Origin: a virus
Lineage: Duplodnaviria; Caudoviricetes
IMG/VR virus record: IMGVR_UViG_3300047272_000461
Coordinates: 1 to 51,051 of that record
DNA: 51,051 nucleotides
Reading direction: 5' to 3' (one strand)
Under the pieces are notes generated by a model, which saw nothing but the letters and a program-made list of their open reading frames with translations, ran no database searches and was not told where the DNA came from. Below, piece after piece: positions 36,595 to 46,420 of this stretch. A program made the translations under genes and the position numbers. The first letter of the stretch is position 1. Every line of letters begins with the position of its first letter.

Positions 36595-37020
36595 TTAAAT
36601 GGTCGAGGGAGTCGTAATGCCCTTCGGAGCGAGCTCGGCGATGCCAGAGTAAGCGGTGCCAGAAATGGAGAGGGAGTGGAAACCCTTCGCCTGACCAGAG
36701 TAGGACACGCTGTTGATGACGATTTTGTCGCCATTGATTTCCAGCACGTCGCCGACCTTGACCGTGTAATCAACGCCACCGGATGCGTTCTCGATGACGC
36801 GGCCGTCAACGGAGACGTTGGCGCGGAAGTCCGTCATACGGATACCAACCGTGATGCCAGCCTGGTTCTGCACTTCCTGCGTGTCCGCATACTGCTGGTC
36901 ACGCTTGTAGGAGTCGATAAGGATACCGGTCACCTCAAGGTCCGGAAGACCGAAGTGGATAATCGTGCCGTAAGTAATCGGAGACGCCGTCGGGTCGAGG
37001 GGAAGCGGAGGGTTTGGCAT
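36595..37020 (-). CDS. Putative major tail (tube) protein
   Basis: 141-aa beta-rich ORF, strong codon bias, own late motif. Confidence 0.6.
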   Translation of the reverse strand: MPNPPLPLDPTASPITYGTIIHFGLPDLEVTGILIDSYKRDQQYADTQEVQNQAGITVGIRMTDFRANVSVDGRVIENASGGVDYTVKVGDVLEINGDKIVINSVSYSGQAKGFHSLSISGTAYSGIAELAPKGITTPSTI

Positions 37021-37068
37021 AGCGGTCTGTTATTGTTGGTGGGTAGTTGTCAACTTTGACTCTAGCCC

Positions 37069-37515
37069 TCAAGCAATAGGCGTTTCTGGCATGTAATTCA
37101 CGATGGCATCGAAGTTCATCACGGTCACCATGCGGCGACCCTGGTTCTCCTGACCGATGCTTCCGGCGACAATGTCGTAGAAAATAAGCCCTTGGATTTT
37201 GGACACGCGCCTGTGCGTCGGGGACTGGAGAAGCCTACTGACTTGGTGGGAAAGCTCCGAGTGCTTGTCTACCGTCGTGTCGTCGATGGAAGACATGACC
37301 ACGACTGTCACCGGAATGTTGTAGTTCCCGAATGAGTCTACCAGATTGCCGAAGGCAGGACTGGCTGCGCCGGCCATCACGACGACCCCAGGCATCGGGC
37401 GGTCTTCAAGCCGCAAGGACTCCACGACCACATGCGTCCACCCATTCGTAGGATTGGGGACATAAGGGTCTATGACCCTTTTGATGTGTGCTTCGACTGC
37501 TCTTCTGATGCTCAT
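37069..37515 (-). CDS. Putative tail terminator
   Basis: 148 aa; synteny. Confidence 0.55.
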   Translation of the reverse strand: MSIRRAVEAHIKRVIDPYVPNPTNGWTHVVVESLRLEDRPMPGVVVMAGAASPAFGNLVDSFGNYNIPVTVVVMSSIDDTTVDKHSELSHQVSRLLQSPTHRRVSKIQGLIFYDIVAGSIGQENQGRRMVTVMNFDAIVNYMPETPIA

Positions 37516-38451
37516 TTAAGGTCTTCTTGGTAGAGGTGGGGGTAGCGGAGGAGGTAGTGCCGGAGGTCTTGCCACCGAGTTCGGCGTAATGGCGGTGACC
37601 CGCTTTATGAGGTTTTGGAAAAGGGTGTTCATCTTTAGCTGCTCTTCAGCCATCACCTTGGTCAAGACCTGGCTCTTGGTTATCATCCCATTAGGGTCGC
37701 CGTGGGCGTTATCCAGCGAGTATGTGATACTGCCGTTCGACCGGTCGATTTTTACGGAGCCAGACCCTTTACCGGGAAGTGCTTGGCTCACCTGACTGCC
37801 CAGCTTCCTGATGCAGTCCACCCAGCCGTTGGCAGACTTACCGATGTCGCGCATCTTCTTGGCGATGAATTGGGTGATGACCTCCCTGTTCTTGACGGCG
37901 TAGCGCGTCTTCTTATCCCAACGACCGTTAACCATAGCCCTCTTGTGCAGCTCCTCATTGGGTATGCCCACATAGTTGACCTTGTTCGCCTGAACCTCGT
38001 TGAACATCGTGTTCTCAAGGTTGAGCCAGTCATTCTCACCCGTGTAGGTGCCCAAGCTCTGGAACGACATGAACAAGGTATCCATGTCCTGATTGGCCCA
38101 AGCCCGGGCCAGACTTTCGTCTCGCCATTGTATCGGGTTATCCAACTGGAATACGGCTGGGTTTCGCATCCCCACAAGCTCTTTTACCGAGTGATTGGAA
38201 AGTGGGTAGAACATGTTGTTGATGTCCTTTCTTAGGTTGTATTCCCCCTGCTCCTTGGCTGCGGCAGAGTTGCCATTACCACTCCAAGGTTCGTTGCCGA
38301 CAGCCGGAAAAGAGTGCCTCAAAAGACTATGGGCGGTGGAGATTGCCACCGTCCGCATCAACTCCTCATAGCCATGCTTGAAGGCGTCTTGCTGCGCCTT
38401 CATCTGGAATTGTAGGGGCGCTCCGTTGCCCGTCAGTTGGACACCAATCAT
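37516..38451 (-). CDS. Putative neck/tail completion protein
   Basis: 311 aa; synteny; Pro-rich C-terminus. Confidence 0.55.
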   Translation of the reverse strand: MIGVQLTGNGAPLQFQMKAQQDAFKHGYEELMRTVAISTAHSLLRHSFPAVGNEPWSGNGNSAAAKEQGEYNLRKDINNMFYPLSNHSVKELVGMRNPAVFQLDNPIQWRDESLARAWANQDMDTLFMSFQSLGTYTGENDWLNLENTMFNEVQANKVNYVGIPNEELHKRAMVNGRWDKKTRYAVKNREVITQFIAKKMRDIGKSANGWVDCIRKLGSQVSQALPGKGSGSVKIDRSNGSITYSLDNAHGDPNGMITKSQVLTKVMAEEQLKMNTLFQNLIKRVTAITPNSVARPPALPPPLPPPLPRRP

Positions 38452-38774
38452 ACCGTGGCGGCCGGGCCGACCAGGACGTCAATCCAAGGGTCAGGAGGGC
38501 GGTTCGTGACATTGAGGACTGTGCATACCTTCCCGAACACAGTAATGCGTTCTCCGTGAGCCGGGGGTGTGTTTGCGAGGGTGCTGCCTGTCGGGGCAAG
38601 GAAGCGAAGCGTCCACGAAGCGTTGTATGTAAAGCCACCATCCGTGAGCATCTGGTCGATGGGAGCTCGGCTGATGAGAACCGACCAAGTGGCATTACGG
38701 AACGTGACTGGGCGGCCGAAAGTCTCTTGGAACTCCGGACCATCCGCAGCCATCTCTTCCCAAAGCGAACCCAT
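38448..38774 (-). CDS. Head-tail joining protein (gpFII-like)
   Basis: MGSLWEEM start after late motif; FG..VTF and GERITV.G pattern. Confidence 0.65.
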   Translation of the reverse strand: MGSLWEEMAADGPEFQETFGRPVTFRNATWSVLISRAPIDQMLTDGGFTYNASWTLRFLAPTGSTLANTPPAHGERITVFGKVCTVLNVTNRPPDPWIDVLVGPAATV

Positions 38775-38802
38775 TTGAGATTGGGCGGGTGTCCACCTAA
38801 CA

Positions 38803-38831
38803 ACAAAAAAGGGCATCCGTTAAGATGCCCC
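38803..38831 (-). terminator. Rho-independent terminator
   Basis: GGGCATC-TTAACG-GATGCCC followed by a T-run on the minus strand. Confidence 0.85.
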
Positions 38832-38856
38832 TGTGGGAAGAGAACCAGTCCTCCGT

Positions 38857-39069
38857 TTACTCGATTTCGTTCGAGATGATGTAAGCCAGGGCGGCCTGCT
38901 CGTAGAGGAAGTCCGAGAAGGTGGTGTTAGCCATCACTTCGGGACGCTCCTTGAGCTCCTGCGCGTAGACTTTCTTCGCCTGGGCAAGCTCGTTGGCGGC
39001 GTAGCCGGCCTTGAGCAGATTGCCTGCGTCATCACCTTCGACCGGAATGTTCGGGTCTTTCTTGGCCAT
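38857..39069 (-). CDS. Hypothetical virion-region protein
   Basis: 70-aa ORF. Confidence 0.65.
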   Translation of the reverse strand: MAKKDPNIPVEGDDAGNLLKAGYAANELAQAKKVYAQELKERPEVMANTTFSDFLYEQAALAYIISNEIE

Positions 39070-39078
39070 AGTAGGTGC

Positions 39079-39207
39079 TTACTTCTTGAGCTTCGCGGCT
39101 TCTTCCTTGGCCTTCTGAACGAGGGCTTCGGCCTTGGCGGCGTTGTTGCGGAAGACGAGAGCGCCGGCGACGAAGCCGACGACCAGTCCGATGAGGAACG
39201 TAATCAT
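39079..39207 (-). CDS. 42-aa single-TM protein (MITFLIGLVVGFVAGALVFRNNAAKAEALVQKAKEEAAKLKK)
   Basis: Manually translated; fills the gap; strong codon bias. Confidence 0.75.
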   Translation of the reverse strand: MITFLIGLVVGFVAGALVFRNNAAKAEALVQKAKEEAAKLKK

Positions 39208-39233
39208 TGTGCGTTATGGGTTGGGGGTTGAAA

Positions 39234-39608
39234 TTACATGTCGATGGCTTGAGGGCCATCGGCGTCGATGTTCAGCGACACGCCTTCCACTTGGTTGCCC
39301 TTACGCTTCTTCGGCGCGGGCATCGGGATTTCGTTCGCCTTGTGGTTCGGGATGGGGGCCTTCTTCTCTTCGGGCGGAGCGACGACATGTCCTTCCGCAT
39401 CACGCTCGCCGAGCGTAGCGGCGACCTGTTCGGCCGACTTGCTACGACGGTCTGCGACCGGATGCTGGAAGAAGTATGCCTCCTTACCCGACTCACGGAG
39501 ACGAACGAAATGCTCGTTCGCCTTGTTCGCTTCTGCTTTGATGTAGCCGGTCGTGATGGGCTTGCCATCCTTTCCGACTTCGATGACGATAGAAAACTTC
39601 TGGCTCAT
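39234..39608 (-). CDS. Hypothetical protein
   Basis: 124-aa ORF. Confidence 0.7.
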   Translation of the reverse strand: MSQKFSIVIEVGKDGKPITTGYIKAEANKANEHFVRLRESGKEAYFFQHPVADRRSKSAEQVAATLGERDAEGHVVAPPEEKKAPIPNHKANEIPMPAPKKRKGNQVEGVSLNIDADGPQAIDM

Positions 39609-39652
39609 AGAGCAGCGAGCGTGTCTCGACTTCCTGTCAGGTCAACAGGAAA

Positions 39653-39904
39653 TTAGTCGAGGACGCCAGTCGGAACGACACGGACATCGCCGTAAGCGTC
39701 GGTCCAGGTGCCTTCGGCCTTGCTAGGCACAACCGAGCGAGACGGAGCAGCTTCGAGGTAGAGGTGCTTGATGGCGAGGTCGGCATTAGCCAGAGCGGTG
39801 GCGTAAGCAGCCTTGGCGAGGGCAGTAGTAGCGTAAGCGGTGATGACGACAGCGCCGTCAGAAACTGCGGTTGTCAGGACGAAGGAATACTTGGGGTAAG
39901 CCAT
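39653..39904 (-). CDS. Putative capsid decoration/virion protein
   Basis: 83 aa, Ala-rich, follows capsid, own late motif. Confidence 0.55.
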   Translation of the reverse strand: MAYPKYSFVLTTAVSDGAVVITAYATTALAKAAYATALANADLAIKHLYLEAAPSRSVVPSKAEGTWTDAYGDVRVVPTGVLD

Positions 39905-39949
39905 GATGGTTCAGGGAGATTTGTATCTGTGGACGCTTGTCAACTGGCA

Positions 39950-39981
39950 CAAAAAAAGACCCCATCCGAAGATGAGGTCTT
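39950..39981 (-). terminator. Rho-independent terminator after capsid gene
   Basis: AGACCTCATC-TTCG-GATGGGGTCT plus T-run. Confidence 0.88.
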
Positions 39982-40004
39982 GTTTGGTCCGATGACCGCC
40001 TCGG

Positions 40005-40907
40005 TTAGGAGGCGATAATCTTGGCGAGGCAGGCCGGGTTACCGACAGACACGCCGTAGAGGATGGACATCGAGAGCTTCTGCTCACCGGCGTCACCATC
40101 ATACCACTCACGGACCTGGATGGACAGGCCGGACTCGGCGTCGGTAGCGACGGCGACATTACCATACCAGTTGGTCGGGGTGGCCGGCAGACGAGCCGCG
40201 ATGAGGATGGCTTCCGGCGAAACAGCGATACCCTTGAGGTTCGTGATGGTCGCAGGGAGGGCAGTGTACTGGTTCACCTCGAAGCCGTGGATACGGGGGA
40301 GGAGGTTTTCAGTCAGCGGGGCGTTGGTGCCCGAAGCATACTGCGCCTGGATGCTGTTATCCTTGGCGAGGGAGGTGTAGAGGGCAGGGCGAACGATGAG
40401 CGTGCGACCAGCCATAGGCACGTTAGCGTCGGTCAGAGCCTGCGAGATGTCGGCGACTGCGTCGGCATCGAAAGCGGCAACCGTGCCATTGTAGCCCGTA
40501 GAGGGGAAGTTGGTGCCATCGACGAGGCCGAAGACATCGTCCATGACCGCCTTGACGACAGCGTGAGCGGCCGGGCGGATGAAGGTGCGACGGAGGACGT
40601 CGTAGCCACCCTTGGCGACTTCGCCGTCAGAGAAGCCCATCACGAAACCCTTATGCTTGTTAAGGGTGACGGTCTTGGCGTTCGACTTGACGTCGGAGCG
40701 GGAGTAGCCGTTCGCGCCGATGTCGGTCGCAGCCACACCATCAGCGATACGAGTCGTGACAGACTCACCGCGCTGGAGGATGTCGCCACCGAAGTCGGTA
40801 GTGAACTTGTTGACGAGGGGGAACTGGGCAAGAAGCGTTGTGAGCGAGTCCTGCGCGATGACTTGGAGGTTGATGCCTCCGAGATTACCTGGGGTATTGC
40901 CTGGCAT
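40005..40907 (-). CDS. Major capsid protein (HK97 fold, P22-coat-like)
   Basis: 300 aa; GESVT.R, VTLNKHK, L.DANVP..GR.L, ILYGV motifs; followed by terminator. Confidence 0.85.
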   Translation of the reverse strand: MPGNTPGNLGGINLQVIAQDSLTTLLAQFPLVNKFTTDFGGDILQRGESVTTRIADGVAATDIGANGYSRSDVKSNAKTVTLNKHKGFVMGFSDGEVAKGGYDVLRRTFIRPAAHAVVKAVMDDVFGLVDGTNFPSTGYNGTVAAFDADAVADISQALTDANVPMAGRTLIVRPALYTSLAKDNSIQAQYASGTNAPLTENLLPRIHGFEVNQYTALPATITNLKGIAVSPEAILIAARLPATPTNWYGNVAVATDAESGLSIQVREWYDGDAGEQKLSMSILYGVSVGNPACLAKIIAS

Positions 40908-40951
40908 AGTATTTTAGGGGTTAAGGGGTTTCGGGTTGGAAAGTTGTCAAC

Positions 40952-41716
40952 TCAAGCGTTCTCCTTGGGCTTACGCTCAAGGCCTGCGGCGGTGCGACCA
41001 GCGGCGTCGTCGCCAGCTCGGTAGACCGTGCCGGTTTCGGCAAACGCTTCGTTGACCTTCTGAATTGTGGAGCGGCCGTAGCCGGCCTTCGACATGTCTC
41101 CTTCGAGACGCTTGGCGAGGGGCGAACCAGCCGGGATACGGAGGACGCCATCCTTGCCCATCAGACGATAGGCAGCAGCGCGGATTTCCTTGTTCGGAAT
41201 GGCCTTCGGGTTGATGGACCAGCCGTTCACGTTGCCCGCCTTATCGAAGCGAGCGCCACGGAGGGACGGAGGAAGGGTGACGCTAACCACGCCATCCTTT
41301 TGGTTCTTGGTCACGTCCACACGAGTGCGGGCGATGACATAGTTAAGCTTGCCAATCTGGACGGACTGGACACCGGAAGGGCTGACGGAAACCGTAGCGT
41401 TCGGGGCAGTAGTCGTCTCACCATTAGGCTTGATGACCGAGACGCCCTCACCACCAAAACGGCTGTTCTGGACGATGATAGAGCCGTCTTCGGCTTGAGC
41501 AACGCCACGAGGGGTGTTGCCAAGGACAGCATCGAGCTTCTCGCCCGAAACCTTGATGTCGCCACCGCCAGCGTTCTGCACGCGGCCAAGGGCTTCAGTC
41601 ACGTCGCCACCCGAACCGACGGCGCGGTTCGCGGCTGTGACTTCGGCATCACGGCGGACTCCACCGGAGCCGCCTGCGTAGCCTGTTGCGTAAGTTCCAA
41701 TTCCGCCTCTTGCCAT
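40952..41716 (-). CDS. Hypothetical MARG-leader protein, putative internal virion protein
   Basis: 254 aa, Gly-rich, between scaffold and capsid. Confidence 0.7.
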   Translation of the reverse strand: MARGGIGTYATGYAGGSGGVRRDAEVTAANRAVGSGGDVTEALGRVQNAGGGDIKVSGEKLDAVLGNTPRGVAQAEDGSIIVQNSRFGGEGVSVIKPNGETTTAPNATVSVSPSGVQSVQIGKLNYVIARTRVDVTKNQKDGVVSVTLPPSLRGARFDKAGNVNGWSINPKAIPNKEIRAAAYRLMGKDGVLRIPAGSPLAKRLEGDMSKAGYGRSTIQKVNEAFAETGTVYRAGDDAAGRTAAGLERKPKENA

Positions 41717-41746
41717 GTTTGTGTGTGTGTTGGGTTAGTGGTAAGA

Positions 41747-43420
41747 TTAGGAGCGGGCGCGAGCCTTCAGGTTCGCTTGGGCGGCACGGCTGATGGCAGC
41801 GGCGTGGGCCTTGAAGAAGCGGTTCTGCTCACGCTTGTCGGCGATGGCCTCGAACTGGGCGAGGAAGTCAGCGTCGGTCTTCGGAGCGTCACCCATGATT
41901 TCAGCGGCGACCGGCTCGGAGGCGGAGGCGGCGACAATCTTCGCAGCCTTGGCTTCGAGGGCGTTATCCGCGGCTTGGGCCTGGGAGAGCTTGGTCATCA
42001 TCGCCTCGAACTTGGCTTGGAGCTGGGCGACAGCGGTCATCGCTTCGTCCTTGGCCTTGGTTTCGGCGGCGAGGGTTTCACCCTGCTTGACGAGCTTCTC
42101 TTCGACTTCCTGCTTGGCCTTGGCGACCTTGGCGAGGCGTTCGACGGCGACATCCACGACGGAGTCGAGGGAGTCCTTGGCGAGGGGGGCGAGGTCACCG
42201 ACCGGAGTGGTGTTGCCCTTGGTCGGGGCGCAACCGTCTTCGTGAACCTTGGTTTCGTCAGAGGCGCACTCATTCTTCATGCACTTCTCGATGGACTCGT
42301 TCTTAGGAGCGATTTCCGCCTTCTTGCCTTCCTTCTTCTTGAGGAAAGACTCTTCTTCGTCCTGGTCGGGCTGACCAGTGACATCCTTCTTGTTCACGCC
42401 GGGGAGAACGTTTTCGGCGTTCTTGCCCTTCTTCTTTTCCTGCTCAACGAGCTCCTTCAGGTATTCCATCAGGGCAGGCGGGATTTCGTCAGAGGTGGCG
42501 GTCTTGGCGGCGACGGGTTCGAGGGCGGCTTCTTCGGCCTTCTTCGCGCCCTTGCCGGGCTTCGAGAGGGTCACTTCGTGCTCATGGTCGCCTTCGCCGA
42601 CTTCCTTCTGCTTGTCGGGGGACTCCATGATTTCTTCCACGTCGGTTTCACCCTTCTTGGTGGCCTTCGCAGCCTTCTTCGACAGCGTAGGCGAGGTCGT
42701 GTTGTCCTCGTTCACGTTGTTCTTCTCCGGGTCAAGACCCGGCTGGGGGATAATCTTACCAAAGTCCTTGGACTCTTCCTTGGAAGGGTTCTTGAGGGTA
42801 GAGTCGGCCTTCTTCGCCTTGGCCTTCGAGGCCTGGCGGTATTCCTTGAGCATCTCGAGCTCGTCTTCAGAGAGGTTGCCGTAGTCTTCTTCGTCCTCAT
42901 AGGACGCCTTGGCGGCCTTCTTGCCCTTCTTGCCCTTGTAGTCGCAAGCTTCGTCTTCGGACTCTTCCTTCTCCTCAATCTTGTCCTTGATGAAGGCGGG
43001 CATCTCGCCCTTCTTCTTGCCAGAGTCGTTAATCTTCTCGGCAGGGGTGTTGCCTTCTTCGCCTTCTTCGCGCTTCTGCTTCACGTATTCGTTGAGGTCG
43101 GCCTTCTTGGCGGCTTCCTTTTCGAGGCGGGCGGCAAGAGCGAGGGCCTGGGCGGTCTGTTCGGACAGGGCCTTCATCGCCTTGGCGGTCTGCTCGCGCT
43201 CGGCGAGGAGCTCACCCAGCTTGGCGATAACCAGCGGGTCAACGGCAACCGGGGCTTCTGCCTTCGGGGCCGAGAGGGAAGTTTCGATTTCGGCGAGGCG
43301 CTTGGAGAGTGTTTCCTTCTCCTGGGCGAGGGATGTGACCTGCTCGGAAAGAGCGAGGGTCTGCTTCGAGGCCTCAATCGCCTCCTTGAGCTGCTGTTCG
43401 ACGGACTTGGTATTGCTCAT
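41747..43420 (-). CDS. Putative capsid scaffolding protein
   Basis: 557 aa Glu/Lys/Ala-rich coiled coil between protease and capsid. Confidence 0.7.
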   Translation of the reverse strand: MSNTKSVEQQLKEAIEASKQTLALSEQVTSLAQEKETLSKRLAEIETSLSAPKAEAPVAVDPLVIAKLGELLAEREQTAKAMKALSEQTAQALALAARLEKEAAKKADLNEYVKQKREEGEEGNTPAEKINDSGKKKGEMPAFIKDKIEEKEESEDEACDYKGKKGKKAAKASYEDEEDYGNLSEDELEMLKEYRQASKAKAKKADSTLKNPSKEESKDFGKIIPQPGLDPEKNNVNEDNTTSPTLSKKAAKATKKGETDVEEIMESPDKQKEVGEGDHEHEVTLSKPGKGAKKAEEAALEPVAAKTATSDEIPPALMEYLKELVEQEKKKGKNAENVLPGVNKKDVTGQPDQDEEESFLKKKEGKKAEIAPKNESIEKCMKNECASDETKVHEDGCAPTKGNTTPVGDLAPLAKDSLDSVVDVAVERLAKVAKAKQEVEEKLVKQGETLAAETKAKDEAMTAVAQLQAKFEAMMTKLSQAQAADNALEAKAAKIVAASASEPVAAEIMGDAPKTDADFLAQFEAIADKREQNRFFKAHAAAISRAAQANLKARARS

Positions 43421-43449
43421 AATGCTGGGATGTTAGTGTTTATGAAATG

Positions 43450-44451
43450 TCAACCAATGTAGCTCCCGCCCTCAAACGACATAGGCGTCGCCGGCTGGGA
43501 ATACATTTGGGGAAGGGTGGTTCGCTGCGCGTGACGACGCATCGACTTGATGTCTTCGATGAGCGCCTCGAACGAGTCGATGACTCCGGTCGTAAGACCA
43601 CGGGCGGCAGCCTTGTCGCCGTAGAACGACTGCCCTTGTAGGTCTGTCAGTTGGGCGTAGAGGCGAACCGACTGGACGTCCCGGATGAACCGGTTGTGGA
43701 GCTCGTCCACTTCGTCTTGCAGGGAATTGATTTGGTCGGGGGTAAGCGAGGTGCCTTCGACACCAGCCGCCTTGTATTTTCCCGACTTGATGACGACAAC
43801 TTCCTTACCCTCTTTCTCGAACTTCTTACGCTCGTCGGTCATCGTGATGTAGACACCGCAAGCCCCGACGGAGGCAGAGGGGGTAGCGACGAAACGCTTG
43901 CACTGGGACGCCATCCAGAAGGCGGCAGAACCGCAATCGGAGTCCGTAAAGGAGATGGTCGGCTTTTCGTATGTGCGGATTTGCTTGGCAAGCTCCTCAA
44001 GACCAGTCGTCGAGCCACCGCCGGAGTCCACACGCAGTAGGACCTCAAACACCGTGTCATCTTCAGCCCAGCTCTTCAGGGTGTCCGAAATCACGTCGAT
44101 GTCGGCGCAACCGAGCATCGCTTCGAGGGGGGAGAGGCACTTTCCGATGACTCCCTTGACCGGAATGATACCGATGCCATCACGCACATAAGGGCGTGAG
44201 GCGGTAGCGATACCCGCCGCCATCGCTTGTAGGTCCATGTCCTCGTCGTCCGCCTGCGGGACGAAACGCTTCGCCTTCGGGCCGACTTCCGGCTTCTCCA
44301 CCTTCGGCATCATGTATGCCGAAAGCTGGTATGCGATTTCAGGATTAGACAGGATGGTGTCCGCGCCTTTCAGGAACGCCTGAACCTTGAGGGGGTCAAT
44401 CAGGAGGGGTCGTCCCGCCTTCAGTGCGTAAGTTAGGTCGCTTCTAATCAT
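43450..44451 (-). CDS. S49 (SppA/lambda gpC-type) prohead protease
   Basis: IPVKGVI, VDSGGG, CGSAAFWMAS, VGACGV, SGKYKAAG motifs. Confidence 0.92.
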   Translation of the reverse strand: MIRSDLTYALKAGRPLLIDPLKVQAFLKGADTILSNPEIAYQLSAYMMPKVEKPEVGPKAKRFVPQADDEDMDLQAMAAGIATASRPYVRDGIGIIPVKGVIGKCLSPLEAMLGCADIDVISDTLKSWAEDDTVFEVLLRVDSGGGSTTGLEELAKQIRTYEKPTISFTDSDCGSAAFWMASQCKRFVATPSASVGACGVYITMTDERKKFEKEGKEVVVIKSGKYKAAGVEGTSLTPDQINSLQDEVDELHNRFIRDVQSVRLYAQLTDLQGQSFYGDKAAARGLTTGVIDSFEALIEDIKSMRRHAQRTTLPQMYSQPATPMSFEGGSYIG

Positions 44452-46175
44452 CGAGAGAATGGCTGTTCCCTGTTGCGGGAAAGCCCTGGATTTTGTTTTG
44501 GCAGGGTGTCAACAGAAGTTTCCATCTGCGTCGCCGGTTCGGCTGCAGGACTCTTCTGCGGAGGAGCGAGCTCTGGTTCGCTGTTCGTGAGCGCGTCTCC
44601 CGGCATCTGGTCTGCGGGCTGTCCCATGATTTGGTCGATGGGGACGATTTGGGGCGAACCATCTGGACCTGGCATAACCACGCCCAACGCACCTTCGGGG
44701 ATAGTGTTCGCGGCAGGGGCTCCGCCGCCTCCGCCTTGACCGCCTGCGGGCGACTTGCGCCAAAGCTTGTCCTCCGGCACGCCAGTCTCCTTCGACACAC
44801 GCTGAATGTAGGCAAAGTCTCTCGCCGATTTTCTGATGGTCTTCTCGAAGCCATAGCCACGAGCTCCAAAGTCATCCGACGGCGGGATACGACCCATGTC
44901 CAAGTCGGCGCGTTCGTTCGCACCCTCACGGCCTGCGTCCACGGTCACGCTCTTGCAACACACCCACTCCGTCTTCCACCAGTTGCGAGCATTAGGCAGC
45001 TCCTTGCGGTCAATCTTGATGCCACACCAGAACTGGAAGTAGTCCTGGAGGAAGCGATTGATGAGCACCGTCTGGCGATGCGAGAAAAATCTCCCCGCCT
45101 TCGCTACCACGAGGCGAACGGAAGCACCTCCAGCGCGAGTCGGGTCCGCCACGAACTCGTAAGGAAGCCCGCCCATGATAGAGTCGCGGCGTAGATGGTC
45201 GATAAACCCGGCAAAAGCAGCTGAAGGGCGTGCAGACTGGTAAGAGACGAGGGACTCATTGTTTCCAAGAACTGCGGTCACACCACCAAGGACACGGTTC
45301 AGCGCGTCGGGGTCGGTGTTGGCGGTGGCGGAGTTGCCTTCGCCCAAGGGCTGACCAAGACCCAGGTCACCGGAGTCCATCCGGGTGTCTTCCACCTTCA
45401 GGATGCGACTGGTGCGGCTGTTGTCCTTAACAGCGACCTTCTCCATAGCGAGGAGGTCCATCTCATCACGCATGTGATTGATGGCGTGCTGGTGCGGCGG
45501 GAAGGCTCGGCTCTGCGAGGCGTATTCCACGTCGTAGATGTGCATCATCGACGCCGCCTTAATAGGCTCGTATTTGCCGTCGCCTTGCTTGACGTAGTAG
45601 AAGGTCGGACGACCCAGCTTGTCGAAGCGGATGCCGTCAAAGATGTCCGGCAGGGACATCGCATCGGGCGGAGTCTCGACTCTGTGGGCCTCGATGATTT
45701 GGAACTTCGGGTTGCCCTTCTTATCCTTGCACTTGATGACGAAGATTTCCCCGTCCCGGTCCAAGGCTTCGCAAATGATGTAGAGCGACTCCAGCATCGA
45801 GAAGCGCCCGCTGATTTCTGGGCGGATGCACTCCTGCTCCCATTCGGCTTCCACCAGGTTCTGCCAGTCGTAGTCCCCACCCAAAGCTTGCAGACCGATA
45901 CCCTCGCCCACCGAGTAGATGGCCGTGTCCTTAATCATCTGCTTGTATAGGCCGTTATTCTTCTCCAACCAGCGGGAAAGGCGAACCATCTCACGACGAG
46001 TCGCCCCCGTCATCTCCATGCGGAAGTCCGTCGGCTGCGGCGCGTCAATGCGCGTGCGGTGGACGGAGTAGCGGGTAGACTCGAAAGCCCCCTGATACGC
46101 CTTCGGCTTCAGGAGGTTGGACAGGGACATGCGGACCCGGTCAACAAGTCCTGGCTTCTTCGGTTCGAGTGGCAT
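44448..46175 (-). CDS. Portal protein, lambda family
   Basis: SR.LEKNN, SVGEG, DGEIF, GIRFDKLGRP.FY, GLPYE motifs. Confidence 0.92.
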   Translation of the reverse strand: MPLEPKKPGLVDRVRMSLSNLLKPKAYQGAFESTRYSVHRTRIDAPQPTDFRMEMTGATRREMVRLSRWLEKNNGLYKQMIKDTAIYSVGEGIGLQALGGDYDWQNLVEAEWEQECIRPEISGRFSMLESLYIICEALDRDGEIFVIKCKDKKGNPKFQIIEAHRVETPPDAMSLPDIFDGIRFDKLGRPTFYYVKQGDGKYEPIKAASMMHIYDVEYASQSRAFPPHQHAINHMRDEMDLLAMEKVAVKDNSRTSRILKVEDTRMDSGDLGLGQPLGEGNSATANTDPDALNRVLGGVTAVLGNNESLVSYQSARPSAAFAGFIDHLRRDSIMGGLPYEFVADPTRAGGASVRLVVAKAGRFFSHRQTVLINRFLQDYFQFWCGIKIDRKELPNARNWWKTEWVCCKSVTVDAGREGANERADLDMGRIPPSDDFGARGYGFEKTIRKSARDFAYIQRVSKETGVPEDKLWRKSPAGGQGGGGGAPAANTIPEGALGVVMPGPDGSPQIVPIDQIMGQPADQMPGDALTNSEPELAPPQKSPAAEPATQMETSVDTLPKQNPGLSRNREQPFSR

Positions 46176-46420
46176 CAGCGGTCAACCAGACGGTTGTAGT
46201 TCGTGTAAAGGGCACGCACCCTCCCATCCAGTCTCTGAAGGGCGTAGTTCGCCTCCTGGAGCATCTGCTGTGGTGGTAGGGCAAACTGCTTGCTGGCGTT
46301 CGTAGCGCCATCGCCGTAGCTCATGATGGTCTTGCCCTCCAGTATGAGCTGGACGGCCTTATCACGGATTGCCTCGACTGTTTCACGAGGGAGTCCGACA
46401 AATAGTCCGTTGGCTGGCAT
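46175..46420 (-). CDS. Head-tail joining protein (gpW-like)
   Basis: 81 aa directly before portal; LEGKTIMSYG pattern. Confidence 0.7.
   Translation of the reverse strand: MPANGLFVGLPRETVEAIRDKAVQLILEGKTIMSYGDGATNASKQFALPPQQMLQEANYALQRLDGRVRALYTNYNRLVDR

Noticed and set aside
41300-43462. 720-aa plus-strand ORF and other long antisense ORFs (2150-3106, 13837-14841, 15152-16174)
   Set aside because: Shadow frames caused by strong GC3 bias of the real minus-strand genes
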